In this document: one piece after another, positions 34,340 through 43,591 of the stretch
Position numbering within the stretch: position 1 is the stretch's first letter
Layout: the number at the start of each line of letters is the position of its first letter
Assembly: GCA_041737385.1 (NCBI GenBank)
Contig: JBGSRU010000002.1
Location: 205,437-269,436, forward strand
Source of the DNA: Candidatus Saccharimonadales bacterium
Lineage (GTDB): Bacteria; Patescibacteriota; Saccharimonadia; Saccharimonadales; SZUA-47
Direction of reading: 5' to 3'
DNA length: 64,000 nucleotides
Notes under the pieces: generated by a model
What the model was told of the DNA's origin: nothing
The model's input: the letters and a program-made list of their open reading frames with translations, nothing else
The model's database searches: none
Made by a program: the position numbers and the translations under genes

Positions 34340-34741
34340 GTGGCTAAAGATAGTAAAAAAACAGATGAGAAGGCTAAAAAGCCAAAAACAAGTTTAAGAG
34401 AGCGTAACCTTAAGGCTGCAGAAGCAAAAGATAAGCCGAAGCGCATACGTAAAGCTGCTGAAAATGCAGCGAAGCCAGTTGGAAAAGCGCGCGCTGCATT
34501 AAAGACAGAGTTTCATGTCATCCCGCAGAAAGAAGACGCAGGGTTCTTTATGAAGAGCAGAAAAGCAACTCCGTCCTATTTCACAAAATCACTTGGTGAA
34601 CTAAAGTTCGTCACGTGGCCTGGACGTAGAGAAACATGGAAGCTTGTCTTCGCAGTGTTTGTTTTTGCGCTAACAATGGGACTATTCATCGCAGTGCTTG
34701 ATTTTGGACTCGAAAAACTATTTAGAACAATAATATTGTAA
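34340..34741 (+). CDS. secE: Preprotein translocase subunit SecE with Lys-rich N-terminal extension (GTG start)
   Basis: C-terminal ELK.V.WP.R.ET.....V.VF plus a single TM helix, directly upstream of nusG. Confidence 0.85.
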   Translation: MAKDSKKTDEKAKKPKTSLRERNLKAAEAKDKPKRIRKAAENAAKPVGKARAALKTEFHVIPQKEDAGFFMKSRKATPSYFTKSLGELKFVTWPGRRETWKLVFAVFVFALTMGLFIAVLDFGLEKLFRTIIL

Positions 34742-34750
34742 GGAAAAATA

Positions 34751-35293
34751 ATGAGTAAACGATACGACACTAGTAAACAATGGTACGCGATTCATACCTA
34801 TAGCGGCTATGAAGAAAAAGTTGCAGAATCAATTCGGCAACGTGCTGAGTCCCTAGACATGAAGGACAAGATCTTTCAGGTATTAGTACCTAAAGAGAAG
34901 ATGATTGAAATCAAAAACGGTAAACGAAAAGTCGTTGAGAAGAAAATATTCCAAGGCTACGTGCTCGTGCACATGAAACTGTCAGAAGACGCTTGGTACA
35001 TCGTACGTAACACTCCATCTGTTACTGGTTTTGTCGGTTCTGGCAATGATCCTAGCCCAGTTGAAGACGACGAGATTGAAAAGATCATGAAACGAATGGG
35101 TAAAGAAGATCCAAAGCACAAGATCGATTTCAAAGTTGGAGAAATTGTCAACATTATCGACGGTCCGTTCAAAGGCTTCGATGGTGCTATTAATGAAATT
35201 GATCCAGCTAAAGGAAAACTCAAAGTTCTCGTCAATATGTTCGGACGTGAAACACCGGTTGAACTTGACGGGCTACAGGTTAAGAAAAGCTAA
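34751..35293 (+). CDS. nusG: Transcription termination/antitermination factor NusG
   Basis: 180 aa. KQWYAIHTYSGYE NGN domain and a KOW motif (GE.V.I.DGPF.GF.G.I.E). Confidence 0.95.
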   Translation: MSKRYDTSKQWYAIHTYSGYEEKVAESIRQRAESLDMKDKIFQVLVPKEKMIEIKNGKRKVVEKKIFQGYVLVHMKLSEDAWYIVRNTPSVTGFVGSGNDPSPVEDDEIEKIMKRMGKEDPKHKIDFKVGEIVNIIDGPFKGFDGAINEIDPAKGKLKVLVNMFGRETPVELDGLQVKKS

Positions 35294-35303
35294 GGATATA
35301 ATT

Positions 35304-35654
35304 ATGTCTTCAATACCGAGAAATATGTATGTAGGCCAATCACCCAACGGGGTTATTCCTATTGGAGGTGAAACAATTGAAGGCATGTTTACCGAGCAAG
35401 ATCGAAGGTAAGCTTACAAAGCACTTGCAGCAGATACACCTGCTGAAGCTGTCATCCGAATTAAAAGTAGGTTATCTAACTTAGCTTTAGCAGGATGTTA
35501 TGAAGACCCTTTTACTTCTTTGAGTCTATTGGGTATGCTTGCTGACGCTCATCCTAGAGTTGATAACCCGCTATCTGAGGAGCTCCTAGCTCACGCAGGT
35601 CAGGTTTCTTCTCAAGATATAAGATCTAGATTCATGCTGGCTGCTGGACATTAG
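35304..35654 (+). pseudogene. 117-codon reading frame between nusG and rplK interrupted by one in-frame TAA
   Basis: ATG 35304 with a TAAGGA RBS. 35 codons, then TAA at 35409-35411, then 79 further sense codons in the same frame to TAG 35652-35654. Confidence 0.5.
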
Positions 35655-35740
35655 ATCTACTTTGTAGTAATATATACCTCAAGTTACGCACATATTACAC
35701 CCGAGAGCTTCAAACTCGGTGTTATTTAAGGAGAAAACAC

Positions 35741-36172
35741 ATGGCTGGTAAACCAGTTAAATCAACACTAAAAATGAAACTTAAAGGCGGACAAGCATCT
35801 GCTGCTCCTCCTGTGGGCTCAACACTCGGTCAATACGGCGTCAACATGATGGACTTCATCACACCATTCAACGAGCAAACCAAAGATATGATGGGGCAAG
35901 ACATCACTGTGCACATCTTTATTCATGATGACAAGTCTATGAGCTGGAGAGTCGTTGGTACACCAACTGATGATCTAATCCGAAAAGCGTTGAATATCAA
36001 AAAAGGTTCAGGCACGCCGAATAAAGATAAAGTTGAGAAGAAGCTGACTGATGCTCAAGTGACTGAAATCGCAGAGACTAAGATGAAAGATATGAATACT
36101 GCAAGACTAGAATCAGTGAAGAAAATGGTTGCAGGAACTGCACGAAGTATGGGTGTGGAGATCGAAGGCTAA
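35741..36172 (+). CDS. rplK: 50S ribosomal protein L11
   Basis: 143 aa. GG.A.AAPPVG..LGQ.GVN.M.F is typical of L11. Confidence 0.95.
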   Translation: MAGKPVKSTLKMKLKGGQASAAPPVGSTLGQYGVNMMDFITPFNEQTKDMMGQDITVHIFIHDDKSMSWRVVGTPTDDLIRKALNIKKGSGTPNKDKVEKKLTDAQVTEIAETKMKDMNTARLESVKKMVAGTARSMGVEIEG

Positions 36173-36173
36173 A

Positions 36174-36545
36174 ATGGCTCTTGAGACACCAACTACTATT
36201 GATTCACCGCGGACTCTTGAGAGAAATGCGGTTGAAACTTTAAATAGAGATGTTTCGCATGTAGGACATAGTATTGCTGATGCAGTCGGTGCTATTAGGC
36301 GTATTCTACATTTGGTAGATTCTGGCGACGAGGACTCTATGGGTTTAAGGGATTCAGTAGGATCAAACCTCGCAAGTATTACAGCACTTACGGCGTTGGC
36401 CATCAACGATTTAGACCCAAATGTTTCAGAAGCTTTCTTTGCTCCAGTAGACCAATCAGAATTCCTATTAGCGGGTGGATATTTAGGTCCAGATGCTAAT
36501 AATGCTTTGTTAGGTTTATCAAGAGCAGTTACAATAGAGATATAA
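36174..36545 (+). CDS. Hypothetical small acidic protein (123 aa) inserted between rplK and rplA
   Basis: ATG 36174 lies 2 nt after the rplK stop. The ORF-track start at 36129 would overlap rplK. Confidence 0.6.
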   Translation: MALETPTTIDSPRTLERNAVETLNRDVSHVGHSIADAVGAIRRILHLVDSGDEDSMGLRDSVGSNLASITALTALAINDLDPNVSEAFFAPVDQSEFLLAGGYLGPDANNALLGLSRAVTIEI

Positions 36546-36604
36546 GTTAATTAAGTAATTTGTGGGAGGTCTATAAGACCGATTGCACCACGAGAGGACC
36601 AATT

Positions 36605-37627
36605 ATGGCTAAAAAAGCCGAACTACTACAAGAAGCAAAGACACTAAACCTAGACGTGTCTGAAAAGGATACTATTAAAGAGATTGAATCAGCACTATTA
36701 GATGCTCGCGCTGAAAAAGGTGAGCCAACTATTAAAGCAGTAGCAGAAGAAGCAGTTGAGTCGACAGATGCAACTGATCCTACAGACGAAGTAAAGGTTG
36801 CTAAAGCAGGAAAGCGCTCAGCTAAAGCTCTAGCAGAAGCAGATGAAAAAGCAGCTAAAGAAGAGAAGAAAGCTGGTACAGACACAACCGAAGATGAAGC
36901 TAAACCAAAAGCTCCTGTAACTCCTGCTCGACCAAAAATAGAACGCGCTGGCAAAAAACTACGAGAAGCAGCAAAATTAGTAGAGAAGTCTAAAGAATAC
37001 AGCATCAAAGAAGCAACTGAGCTGGCTATTAAAACTGCTACAACGAAGTTTGATAGCACGGTAGAACTACACGTCAGACTAAACGTCGATCCTAAGCACG
37101 CTGATCAAAACATTCGAGAAAACATCGTATTGCCTGCAGGAACAGGTAAAACAATTCAAGTTGCCGTTTTCGGTGAGCCTGATGACGTTGCTGCAGCTAA
37201 AAAAGCCGGAGCTGACATCGCTGGAGCTGATGAGTTCTTGCAACAACTAGACAAAGGAGTCGTTGACTTCGACGTATTGATTGCGACTCCGACAGTTATG
37301 GTAAAGCTTGGTAAATACGCAAGAATTCTCGGTCCAAAAGGACTTATGCCTAACCCTAAGAGCGGAACGGTCACGACAGACGTCGCTAAAGCCGTTGAAC
37401 AGGCGCGAGCTGGTAAAGTCGAAGTAAGAGTCGATGAAACCGGAATCGTCCACCTCGGCGTGGGTAAAGTGAGCTTTGGAACAGAAAAACTAATGCAGAA
37501 TGTGCAATCAGTGTTTGCGAGCTTAAAAGCGGCTAAACCAAGCTCTATAAAAGGCAACTACGTTACCTCAATCTATATGAGCTCAACAATGGGTCCAAGC
37601 ATCCGAATCGCTTCTTCAGAACTTTAA
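36605..37627 (+). CDS. rplA: 50S ribosomal protein L1 with an N-terminal extension of about 110 aa
   Basis: GAGAGGA RBS before ATG 36605. The C-terminal 230 aa match L1 (FD.TVELHVRL.VDP...DQ.IR, GP.GLMPNPK.GTV). The N-terminus is Lys/Glu/Ala-rich. Confidence 0.9.
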   Translation: MAKKAELLQEAKTLNLDVSEKDTIKEIESALLDARAEKGEPTIKAVAEEAVESTDATDPTDEVKVAKAGKRSAKALAEADEKAAKEEKKAGTDTTEDEAKPKAPVTPARPKIERAGKKLREAAKLVEKSKEYSIKEATELAIKTATTKFDSTVELHVRLNVDPKHADQNIRENIVLPAGTGKTIQVAVFGEPDDVAAAKKAGADIAGADEFLQQLDKGVVDFDVLIATPTVMVKLGKYARILGPKGLMPNPKSGTVTTDVAKAVEQARAGKVEVRVDETGIVHLGVGKVSFGTEKLMQNVQSVFASLKAAKPSSIKGNYVTSIYMSSTMGPSIRIASSEL

Positions 37628-37663
37628 GTTCATCTTACTTACAATACATAGTATATTGTTGCT

Positions 37664-38290
37664 ATGTATACTCCCTATCAGCCTATGACTGAAGGCGTCG
37701 ATTTTTACTTGGAGCGTGCTATTGCTAGCGAAAGGGTACATAGGGTACATTTTCCTCTGCTGATTGTATGTGCTGGTAAAGTACTTTTACGAGATATGTC
37801 GACAGTAGATGCTGTTTTTGCAGATCCTACAATAAAAGGGGATGAAAAGAACGCTATTGCACTTCCTCAACAGCAACGACGGAAGCTTGGGAGAGCAACA
37901 CGTTTTGAGCGCACTATACGGAACTTTGTCTCTAATGAAGTATTAACCAACAAACTCACTCCTAATATGCTAAACATTGAGCCACTTGGTCTAGTTAAAT
38001 CCTTTTCTTCAGATCATGAAGGCGTACAACATACTACGGTTACGCAGATACCGACTATAGTAGGAATTAAAGCAACAGAACCGATTGAACCACATCGTGA
38101 TTTCAGATTTTTTAATGGTCAGACATTTTGGGAAGAACCAATGGTTGCGTTTGACTTTTTAACCACACATGCTGAAATGAACCCTACCAGTAATTTAACT
38201 ATGGACGCGCTCGATGCAGTCGAAGCTCTAGCAAGACGAACAAATCCTGAACACTTTATACAAATTGATAGCACGAGAGAGGTAGCGTAA
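37664..38290 (+). CDS. Hypothetical protein (208 aa)
   Basis: ORF directly upstream of the NUDIX gene. No recognised domain. Confidence 0.6.
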   Translation: MYTPYQPMTEGVDFYLERAIASERVHRVHFPLLIVCAGKVLLRDMSTVDAVFADPTIKGDEKNAIALPQQQRRKLGRATRFERTIRNFVSNEVLTNKLTPNMLNIEPLGLVKSFSSDHEGVQHTTVTQIPTIVGIKATEPIEPHRDFRFFNGQTFWEEPMVAFDFLTTHAEMNPTSNLTMDALDAVEALARRTNPEHFIQIDSTREVA

Positions 38291-38292
38291 CT

Positions 38293-38778
38293 ATGGCACA
38301 CATTCATGAATTATACGATTTTACGGTAAGTTTTTTGATACTGCATCCGACTGAAAAAAAGCTGCTGCTCCACTATCACCGTAAACTGAAATGCTGGAAT
38401 CAGCTTGGTGGTCATATTGAGCTTGATGAACACCCTATTGAAGCATTGGAACGAGAGATCGAAGAAGAAGCGGGGCTGAAGAAAGATCAATACACAATTA
38501 TAGAGACCGGTACGAGGTTGCAACCCCGCGGAACTGTTAGTCTGCCGCTTGGGTTTGGGCTATTCATCTACAATTATGCTGATAGCGGTCATAAACATAT
38601 TGATATCCCCTATATAATTCAATCTCATACAACGGAAATAAACCCTGCAGAAGGCGAGTCTAAACAAATAGACTGGTTTACTCTAGAAGAAATACGAACT
38701 ATGAACGAAAAAGGGCTAATCGATAATAGTATGACTGACATATGTGAGTGGGTGCTGTCAGGTAATTATCGAGTGTAA
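38293..38778 (+). CDS. NUDIX hydrolase
   Basis: NUDIX box GGHIELDEHPIEALEREIEEEAGL. Confidence 0.85.
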   Translation: MAHIHELYDFTVSFLILHPTEKKLLLHYHRKLKCWNQLGGHIELDEHPIEALEREIEEEAGLKKDQYTIIETGTRLQPRGTVSLPLGFGLFIYNYADSGHKHIDIPYIIQSHTTEINPAEGESKQIDWFTLEEIRTMNEKGLIDNSMTDICEWVLSGNYRV

Positions 38779-38845
38779 AAACTACGGCGTTTTATTAGTG
38801 CTTATGGTTGCGGTTGCCGAGTGAAAAATACTAAACTATAGCTAC

Positions 38846-39625
38846 ATGGATGAAGGAAGCTCGCAAGCTTTCACCCAGCCACCGGCTATGCCACCACAGG
38901 TAGCGTCTAGTACACCACCTGTAGCGGTTAGCGAAGCGTCTGGTGTGTATAGCAACATACAAATTAAATCCGCTATTGAGCGCGGGCATATTGTATTTCA
39001 CCCTTATATTGAAGAGCATATTGCAGGAAGTAGCATAGACGTCACACTTGGCCACTGGTATTACCGAACGGAAAAGAATAGTAACGGTGGCTTCTATAAT
39101 CCTTTCGACGAAGGAGACGTTAAGAATTATTTTGATGGTGCGCTGAACGCCGAAACACATGAAATATGGGCTGAGAAGAATGGACGCAAAATGTTTGCTG
39201 GCATCCCGCCCGAACATCCAATCATTGTGCTCGCACCAGGGGAACGAATACTTGCTCATACACACGAATTCATAGGTATAAAAGCACCCGGAACAAGCAC
39301 AATGCAAGCGAGAAGTACTTGGGGACGGAATGGCGTTGCTGTTTGTTTAGACGCGGGCTGGGGAGATCCTGGCTATATCAATCGGTGGACAATGGAAATT
39401 TATAATATGAATCAGCATCATAGTGTAGTGTTGCCCGTCGGTGAGCGAATAGCACAAATTGTGTTTTATCATACTGGCCCTGTTGACGGACAATACAAAC
39501 AGATCAGTGGCAAATACCAGAGCGATACTGACAATGATCTCACCAAACTCATGCAAGATTGGCGCCCCGAACATATGTTGCCGCGAGGCTATAAAGATAA
39601 ACGAAGAAAGCCGGAGTCACTATGA
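38846..39625 (+). CDS. dcd: dCTP deaminase / dUTPase-superfamily protein with Pro-rich N-terminal extension
   Basis: SSIDVTLG, the LAPGE..LA.T.E region and GW.GPG..N.WT.E are typical of the Dcd family. Confidence 0.8.
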   Translation: MDEGSSQAFTQPPAMPPQVASSTPPVAVSEASGVYSNIQIKSAIERGHIVFHPYIEEHIAGSSIDVTLGHWYYRTEKNSNGGFYNPFDEGDVKNYFDGALNAETHEIWAEKNGRKMFAGIPPEHPIIVLAPGERILAHTHEFIGIKAPGTSTMQARSTWGRNGVAVCLDAGWGDPGYINRWTMEIYNMNQHHSVVLPVGERIAQIVFYHTGPVDGQYKQISGKYQSDTDNDLTKLMQDWRPEHMLPRGYKDKRRKPESL

Positions 39626-41946
39626 GCGATACAGCAAAGCAAACAAACGGTAAATTCTTTGTTATTGAAGGAACTGATGCAAGTGGTAAAACAACTCAGT
39701 TCACCATGCTCGCTGAAAAACTCGCCAAAGAAGGCTATGATGTCGTGACCTTTGACTTTCCGCAGTATGATCAAGAGTCTAGTTTCTATGTTCGCGAATA
39801 CCTTGCAGGTAAATACGGTGAGGCCGACCAAGTTGGCCCGTATACCGCAAGTGTCTTCTACGCGCTTGATCGTTATGCGGCGAAGGATGCCATTGCCCGT
39901 GCACTAGCAGACGGGAAAATAGTACTCGCAAACAGGTTTACTGGCAGTAATATGGCGCATCAAGGCACGAAGTTCGATCATCCGGAAGAACGAAGAGGTT
40001 ATTTTATTTGGTTAGATAACCTTGAGTACCAAATGCTTGGAATCCCTCGACCAACAGTGAGTGTCGTACTACGCGTTGATGCTGATACAAGCAAAGCATT
40101 ACTTGACGAAAGAGCAGCTGCAAACCCAGAGCGAGACAAAGATATTCACGAAACAAACCTCAGTCATCTTAAACGATCGGTGGACGTCTATGATGACCTA
40201 TGCGCTTTGTTTCCAAAAGACTTCTACAGAGTCGACTGCGTGCGCAACAAACAACTACTCACTAGAGAGCAAATACACGATTTAGTGTGGGGGACCGTCG
40301 AACCTTTTTTACCCCAGCCAAATAGTGAAAAAGGCTCCTTAAGCAAAGGCGCAGACAGCCACGCTCCATATGTCGGCAAAGACGCACTTGGTAATCCGTC
40401 AATGACTGAAGCCGGCAAGGCATTCTTAAAAGGTGCGGTGACCAATACAGATGACAACGTCTATGCGTTTAGTGATGCAATGAGCCCTATAACGATCGCA
40501 GCTGCCATGGCGAGGCTCAGTCGACGAGCTGACGATATGCGCATCACGATACTTGATGAATTTGCCAATGCTGCGACTAAAAAGGATGATGCGCTACTCC
40601 GCCGTGTTATTACTGCCTACGGTGATGACTCAGTACAGCAACTCGTTGGACAACATGTTGTGGTAGAAGGAGCAAGCAATCTGCTCACTAAGAAGCTAGA
40701 ATGGGGAAGACTCGCATCATATTTAGAGCAATCAACTCGCTACATATTCTTTGACCAAAAAGATGAAAACGGTAATTATAAGTACGTTGTACCGTCACAT
40801 TTTGATAAGAAAACACTACAGTCATACGTCGAAATTAACGATGAGATATTTGATACCTATTCAGAAATGGTGCGGGAGTTAACTGAATACGTTCGAAATA
40901 ACTCTAACACTCCTAAAGATGAGCGAGATTTTGCATGGAAGGGTGCTACTAAAGCGCAAGCTTGTGACGCAATACGCTCTGTCTTGCCTGTATCTACCAA
41001 GTCAACTGTCGGTATATTTGCATCAGGGCAAGCACTAGAGAGCCTCATCATGCATTTATTGAGCGACGAACTACCAGAATCGCGCGAAACGGGCGAAAAG
41101 ATGCTCCGAGAAGGCCGAAAAGTATTAAGTACTTTCTTAGAGCGTGCAGATAAGCCAGAGCGTGGTGGTGCGACAGTTGCCTATACTGCTACTACTCGTT
41201 CGTCTGTGAGAGAACTCGCCAGTAGGATGTTGCCAGCAACGCACACCTCTACTTCGCAAGCGGTTGATCTTATTAACTACTGGCCGAAAAACGAGCTCGA
41301 TCTTGTGCCTGACATGTTATATGAGCACAGCAATTTATCACTTCGAGATATCCAAAAGGCAGTGAATACTTGGGACTACAGTGAGAAAGAAAAAGTATTT
41401 CAGGCTTATATGGGTGAGCGATTAAACAGACGACATAAACCTGGGCGTGCTATCGAAAAAGCTCATTATTCATGGGATCTTGTCTGCGATTACGGTATAT
41501 TTCGTGACTTACAGCGCCATAGAATGGTCGACGACCTAACGTGGCAAGATTTGACACCACGATATGGCTACGATGTGCCTGAGCTCGTCGAAGAAGCAGG
41601 CCAAACGGAGAAGTTTCAACACTGTTTTGATCTTAGCTTAAAGTTGCACAGCATTCTCGTATCTGCTGGATTTGAAAAAGAAGCACAGTATGCGACACTA
41701 CTTGGTCATAAAATGCGTTGGAAAATCACCATGAATGCTCGTCAATCGTTCCATTTTAATGAACTACGCACAACGCCGCACGGACATCCGGGCTACCGTA
41801 AGCTAGTAAGAGAAATGCATGAAAAACTATCTGAAAAACACCCACTACTTGGCGCGGCTATGAAATTCGTCAACCAAGATGAAGATCCAGAATTAACAAG
41901 GCTAGCAGCTGAACGCGCCACGCAGTTTAAATTAGAAAATATGTAA
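39622..41946 (+). CDS. tmk/thyX: Fusion protein: dTMP kinase (N-terminal) plus enlarged FAD-dependent thymidylate synthase ThyX (C-terminal)
   Basis: 774 aa. FFVIEGTDASGKTTQ P-loop and Tmk fold in the first ~215 aa. ThyX signature FRDLQRHRM near aa 640 with ThyX-like flanks. ATGA overlap with dcd. Confidence 0.85.
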   Translation: MSDTAKQTNGKFFVIEGTDASGKTTQFTMLAEKLAKEGYDVVTFDFPQYDQESSFYVREYLAGKYGEADQVGPYTASVFYALDRYAAKDAIARALADGKIVLANRFTGSNMAHQGTKFDHPEERRGYFIWLDNLEYQMLGIPRPTVSVVLRVDADTSKALLDERAAANPERDKDIHETNLSHLKRSVDVYDDLCALFPKDFYRVDCVRNKQLLTREQIHDLVWGTVEPFLPQPNSEKGSLSKGADSHAPYVGKDALGNPSMTEAGKAFLKGAVTNTDDNVYAFSDAMSPITIAAAMARLSRRADDMRITILDEFANAATKKDDALLRRVITAYGDDSVQQLVGQHVVVEGASNLLTKKLEWGRLASYLEQSTRYIFFDQKDENGNYKYVVPSHFDKKTLQSYVEINDEIFDTYSEMVRELTEYVRNNSNTPKDERDFAWKGATKAQACDAIRSVLPVSTKSTVGIFASGQALESLIMHLLSDELPESRETGEKMLREGRKVLSTFLERADKPERGGATVAYTATTRSSVRELASRMLPATHTSTSQAVDLINYWPKNELDLVPDMLYEHSNLSLRDIQKAVNTWDYSEKEKVFQAYMGERLNRRHKPGRAIEKAHYSWDLVCDYGIFRDLQRHRMVDDLTWQDLTPRYGYDVPELVEEAGQTEKFQHCFDLSLKLHSILVSAGFEKEAQYATLLGHKMRWKITMNARQSFHFNELRTTPHGHPGYRKLVREMHEKLSEKHPLLGAAMKFVNQDEDPELTRLAAERATQFKLENM

Positions 41947-43515
41947 CTAAGCCACTACAGGTTGACCAAATACAGCTATATTACCAATATTTTCAGCTTT
42001 TACTTTAAGTCTGTTTCTTGATTGACCATTTATTTCAACCGTTGTTGATTTAAGTCGGGTTTTTCTATCATGAATTGAAGCAAGAGAAGTTATAGTATCT
42101 TTTAGGTCAAAATCCAACCCTGCTTTACGTAGTTTATATAGAATATGAGCCGACAAACCGAGTCTGCTATCGTTACGAGCATCTTTTGTTAGAACTTGAA
42201 TCTCAACTGGTACAGCAATCCTCTCCCCGATTGCATTAGTAGTTTGAACAACAATTGTCTGTTTGGCAACTTCAAAATCAAATAAACCAGTTTCTGTCTC
42301 GATGTTTTCGGAATAGCCACTTAGCGCAGTTGCTTGTCTGATAAACTTCTGCGAACCTTTTACATACCTACTACTATTTTTTGAAGCTGCTATAGTAGCA
42401 TCAACTCCATCAATTTGAGTCAAACTCTTCATTCGTTTGAAAACTTGACCTGTTTGTTCTAAGGTATCTGTAATTATTGTAGTTGCAAATATATCTGCAA
42501 TATTAGCACTCTTATATGTGTCGGTAAGTAGTTTTCTCGCAATTGATGCTTTTGATTTTAGCCTCCACACAGTAACAAGGTGATCTAAAGACTGATTTCC
42601 TAGGTCTAACGCTAGAAGTGCATCCCCGATTTTCCTGTCAGGATCAGTTACTACATGTTCAAGCTCAAACCCATCTTTAAGGTGTAATTTTTCATAAATT
42701 CCATATATAGCTTCATCGTCAATACCGCGTAGAATTACATCTGCTGCAACAAGCTTATCTCCATTGCCAGACTTTTCTAATCTTGTTGTCCACGCTTGAT
42801 CAGTTAACGACATAGCGATACCATCATAACCAAGTATCTCACAAAGAGGAGCGTAAAAATATTCAGCTTCAAATACATCCTGTAACAGAGCTGCGTCTCT
42901 TTTAGGTGGGTTTCGAAGATTATCTAATATTTCCAGTGCCTTAATAACTACCGATTCAAGATTTACGTTTTTTAGTAACGTCAGCATTTCTTTTGGATTA
43001 CATATACCTGAAGGCACGAGCCAAAATTCTTCAGGCAAAGCATCTTTTTCACCATTTTGAATTGCATTAATAAATTTAGCTTCTAGCTCTTTATTTCCTT
43101 CAAATGAGCTTCCAGCCGAAATAGTAGAACTTGCACTGCGTCTATAGCCTTCTGCTTGGTGCTCGATATCATCCATATCGTTCACTAAGGCTGACACATA
43201 CTCCTGAGTACTTGGATCAACCGATTCAAAAAAAGTATATAAAGAATTGTAAAATGCATCAGATTTTCCATCTCTATCAGGAATATCATGTAAAATTGCT
43301 GCAAGAATTGATTCTTTTGGAAAAATTGATGGACCATACTGTTCTAGTAGCGTGCTGACTCTTCTAGGATGAGCGTAGTCTCGATTATGTGTGTCCCCAT
43401 TAACTAAAGCCAGCATAACATCATCAACACTAGCTATTGCTTGGTCTATGGTTGGTACTTCAGGATGTTGCTCTATCGCATCAAAAGCAGGTTCTAGTTG
43501 TTGTAATTCACTCAT
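41947..43515 (-). CDS. RelA/SpoT-homolog (HD hydrolase plus (p)ppGpp synthetase domains, no C-terminal regulatory domains)
   Basis: 522 aa. HD motif AILHDIPDR, and synthetase-like WRLKSKASIARKL and VPVEIQVLT (EIQIRT-type) motifs. Confidence 0.75.
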   Translation of the reverse strand: MSELQQLEPAFDAIEQHPEVPTIDQAIASVDDVMLALVNGDTHNRDYAHPRRVSTLLEQYGPSIFPKESILAAILHDIPDRDGKSDAFYNSLYTFFESVDPSTQEYVSALVNDMDDIEHQAEGYRRSASSTISAGSSFEGNKELEAKFINAIQNGEKDALPEEFWLVPSGICNPKEMLTLLKNVNLESVVIKALEILDNLRNPPKRDAALLQDVFEAEYFYAPLCEILGYDGIAMSLTDQAWTTRLEKSGNGDKLVAADVILRGIDDEAIYGIYEKLHLKDGFELEHVVTDPDRKIGDALLALDLGNQSLDHLVTVWRLKSKASIARKLLTDTYKSANIADIFATTIITDTLEQTGQVFKRMKSLTQIDGVDATIAASKNSSRYVKGSQKFIRQATALSGYSENIETETGLFDFEVAKQTIVVQTTNAIGERIAVPVEIQVLTKDARNDSRLGLSAHILYKLRKAGLDFDLKDTITSLASIHDRKTRLKSTTVEINGQSRNRLKVKAENIGNIAVFGQPVVA

Positions 43516-43591
43516 CTCAACTGTATATTATATCATAGTTATGCTTACTATGTCAAGAGTTATATAGACTTTTATTTCAACGAGATTGCTG

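Noticed and set aside
35136-35411. 91-aa ORF overlapping the nusG 3' end
   Set aside because: Its first part is an out-of-frame overlap of nusG. Only its last 35 codons (from ATG 35304) are considered real, as the start of the interrupted frame.
36571-37557. 162-aa, 133-aa and 68-aa minus-strand ORFs
   Set aside because: They are antisense shadows inside rplA, low-complexity mirrors of the Lys/Glu/Ala-rich coding strand.
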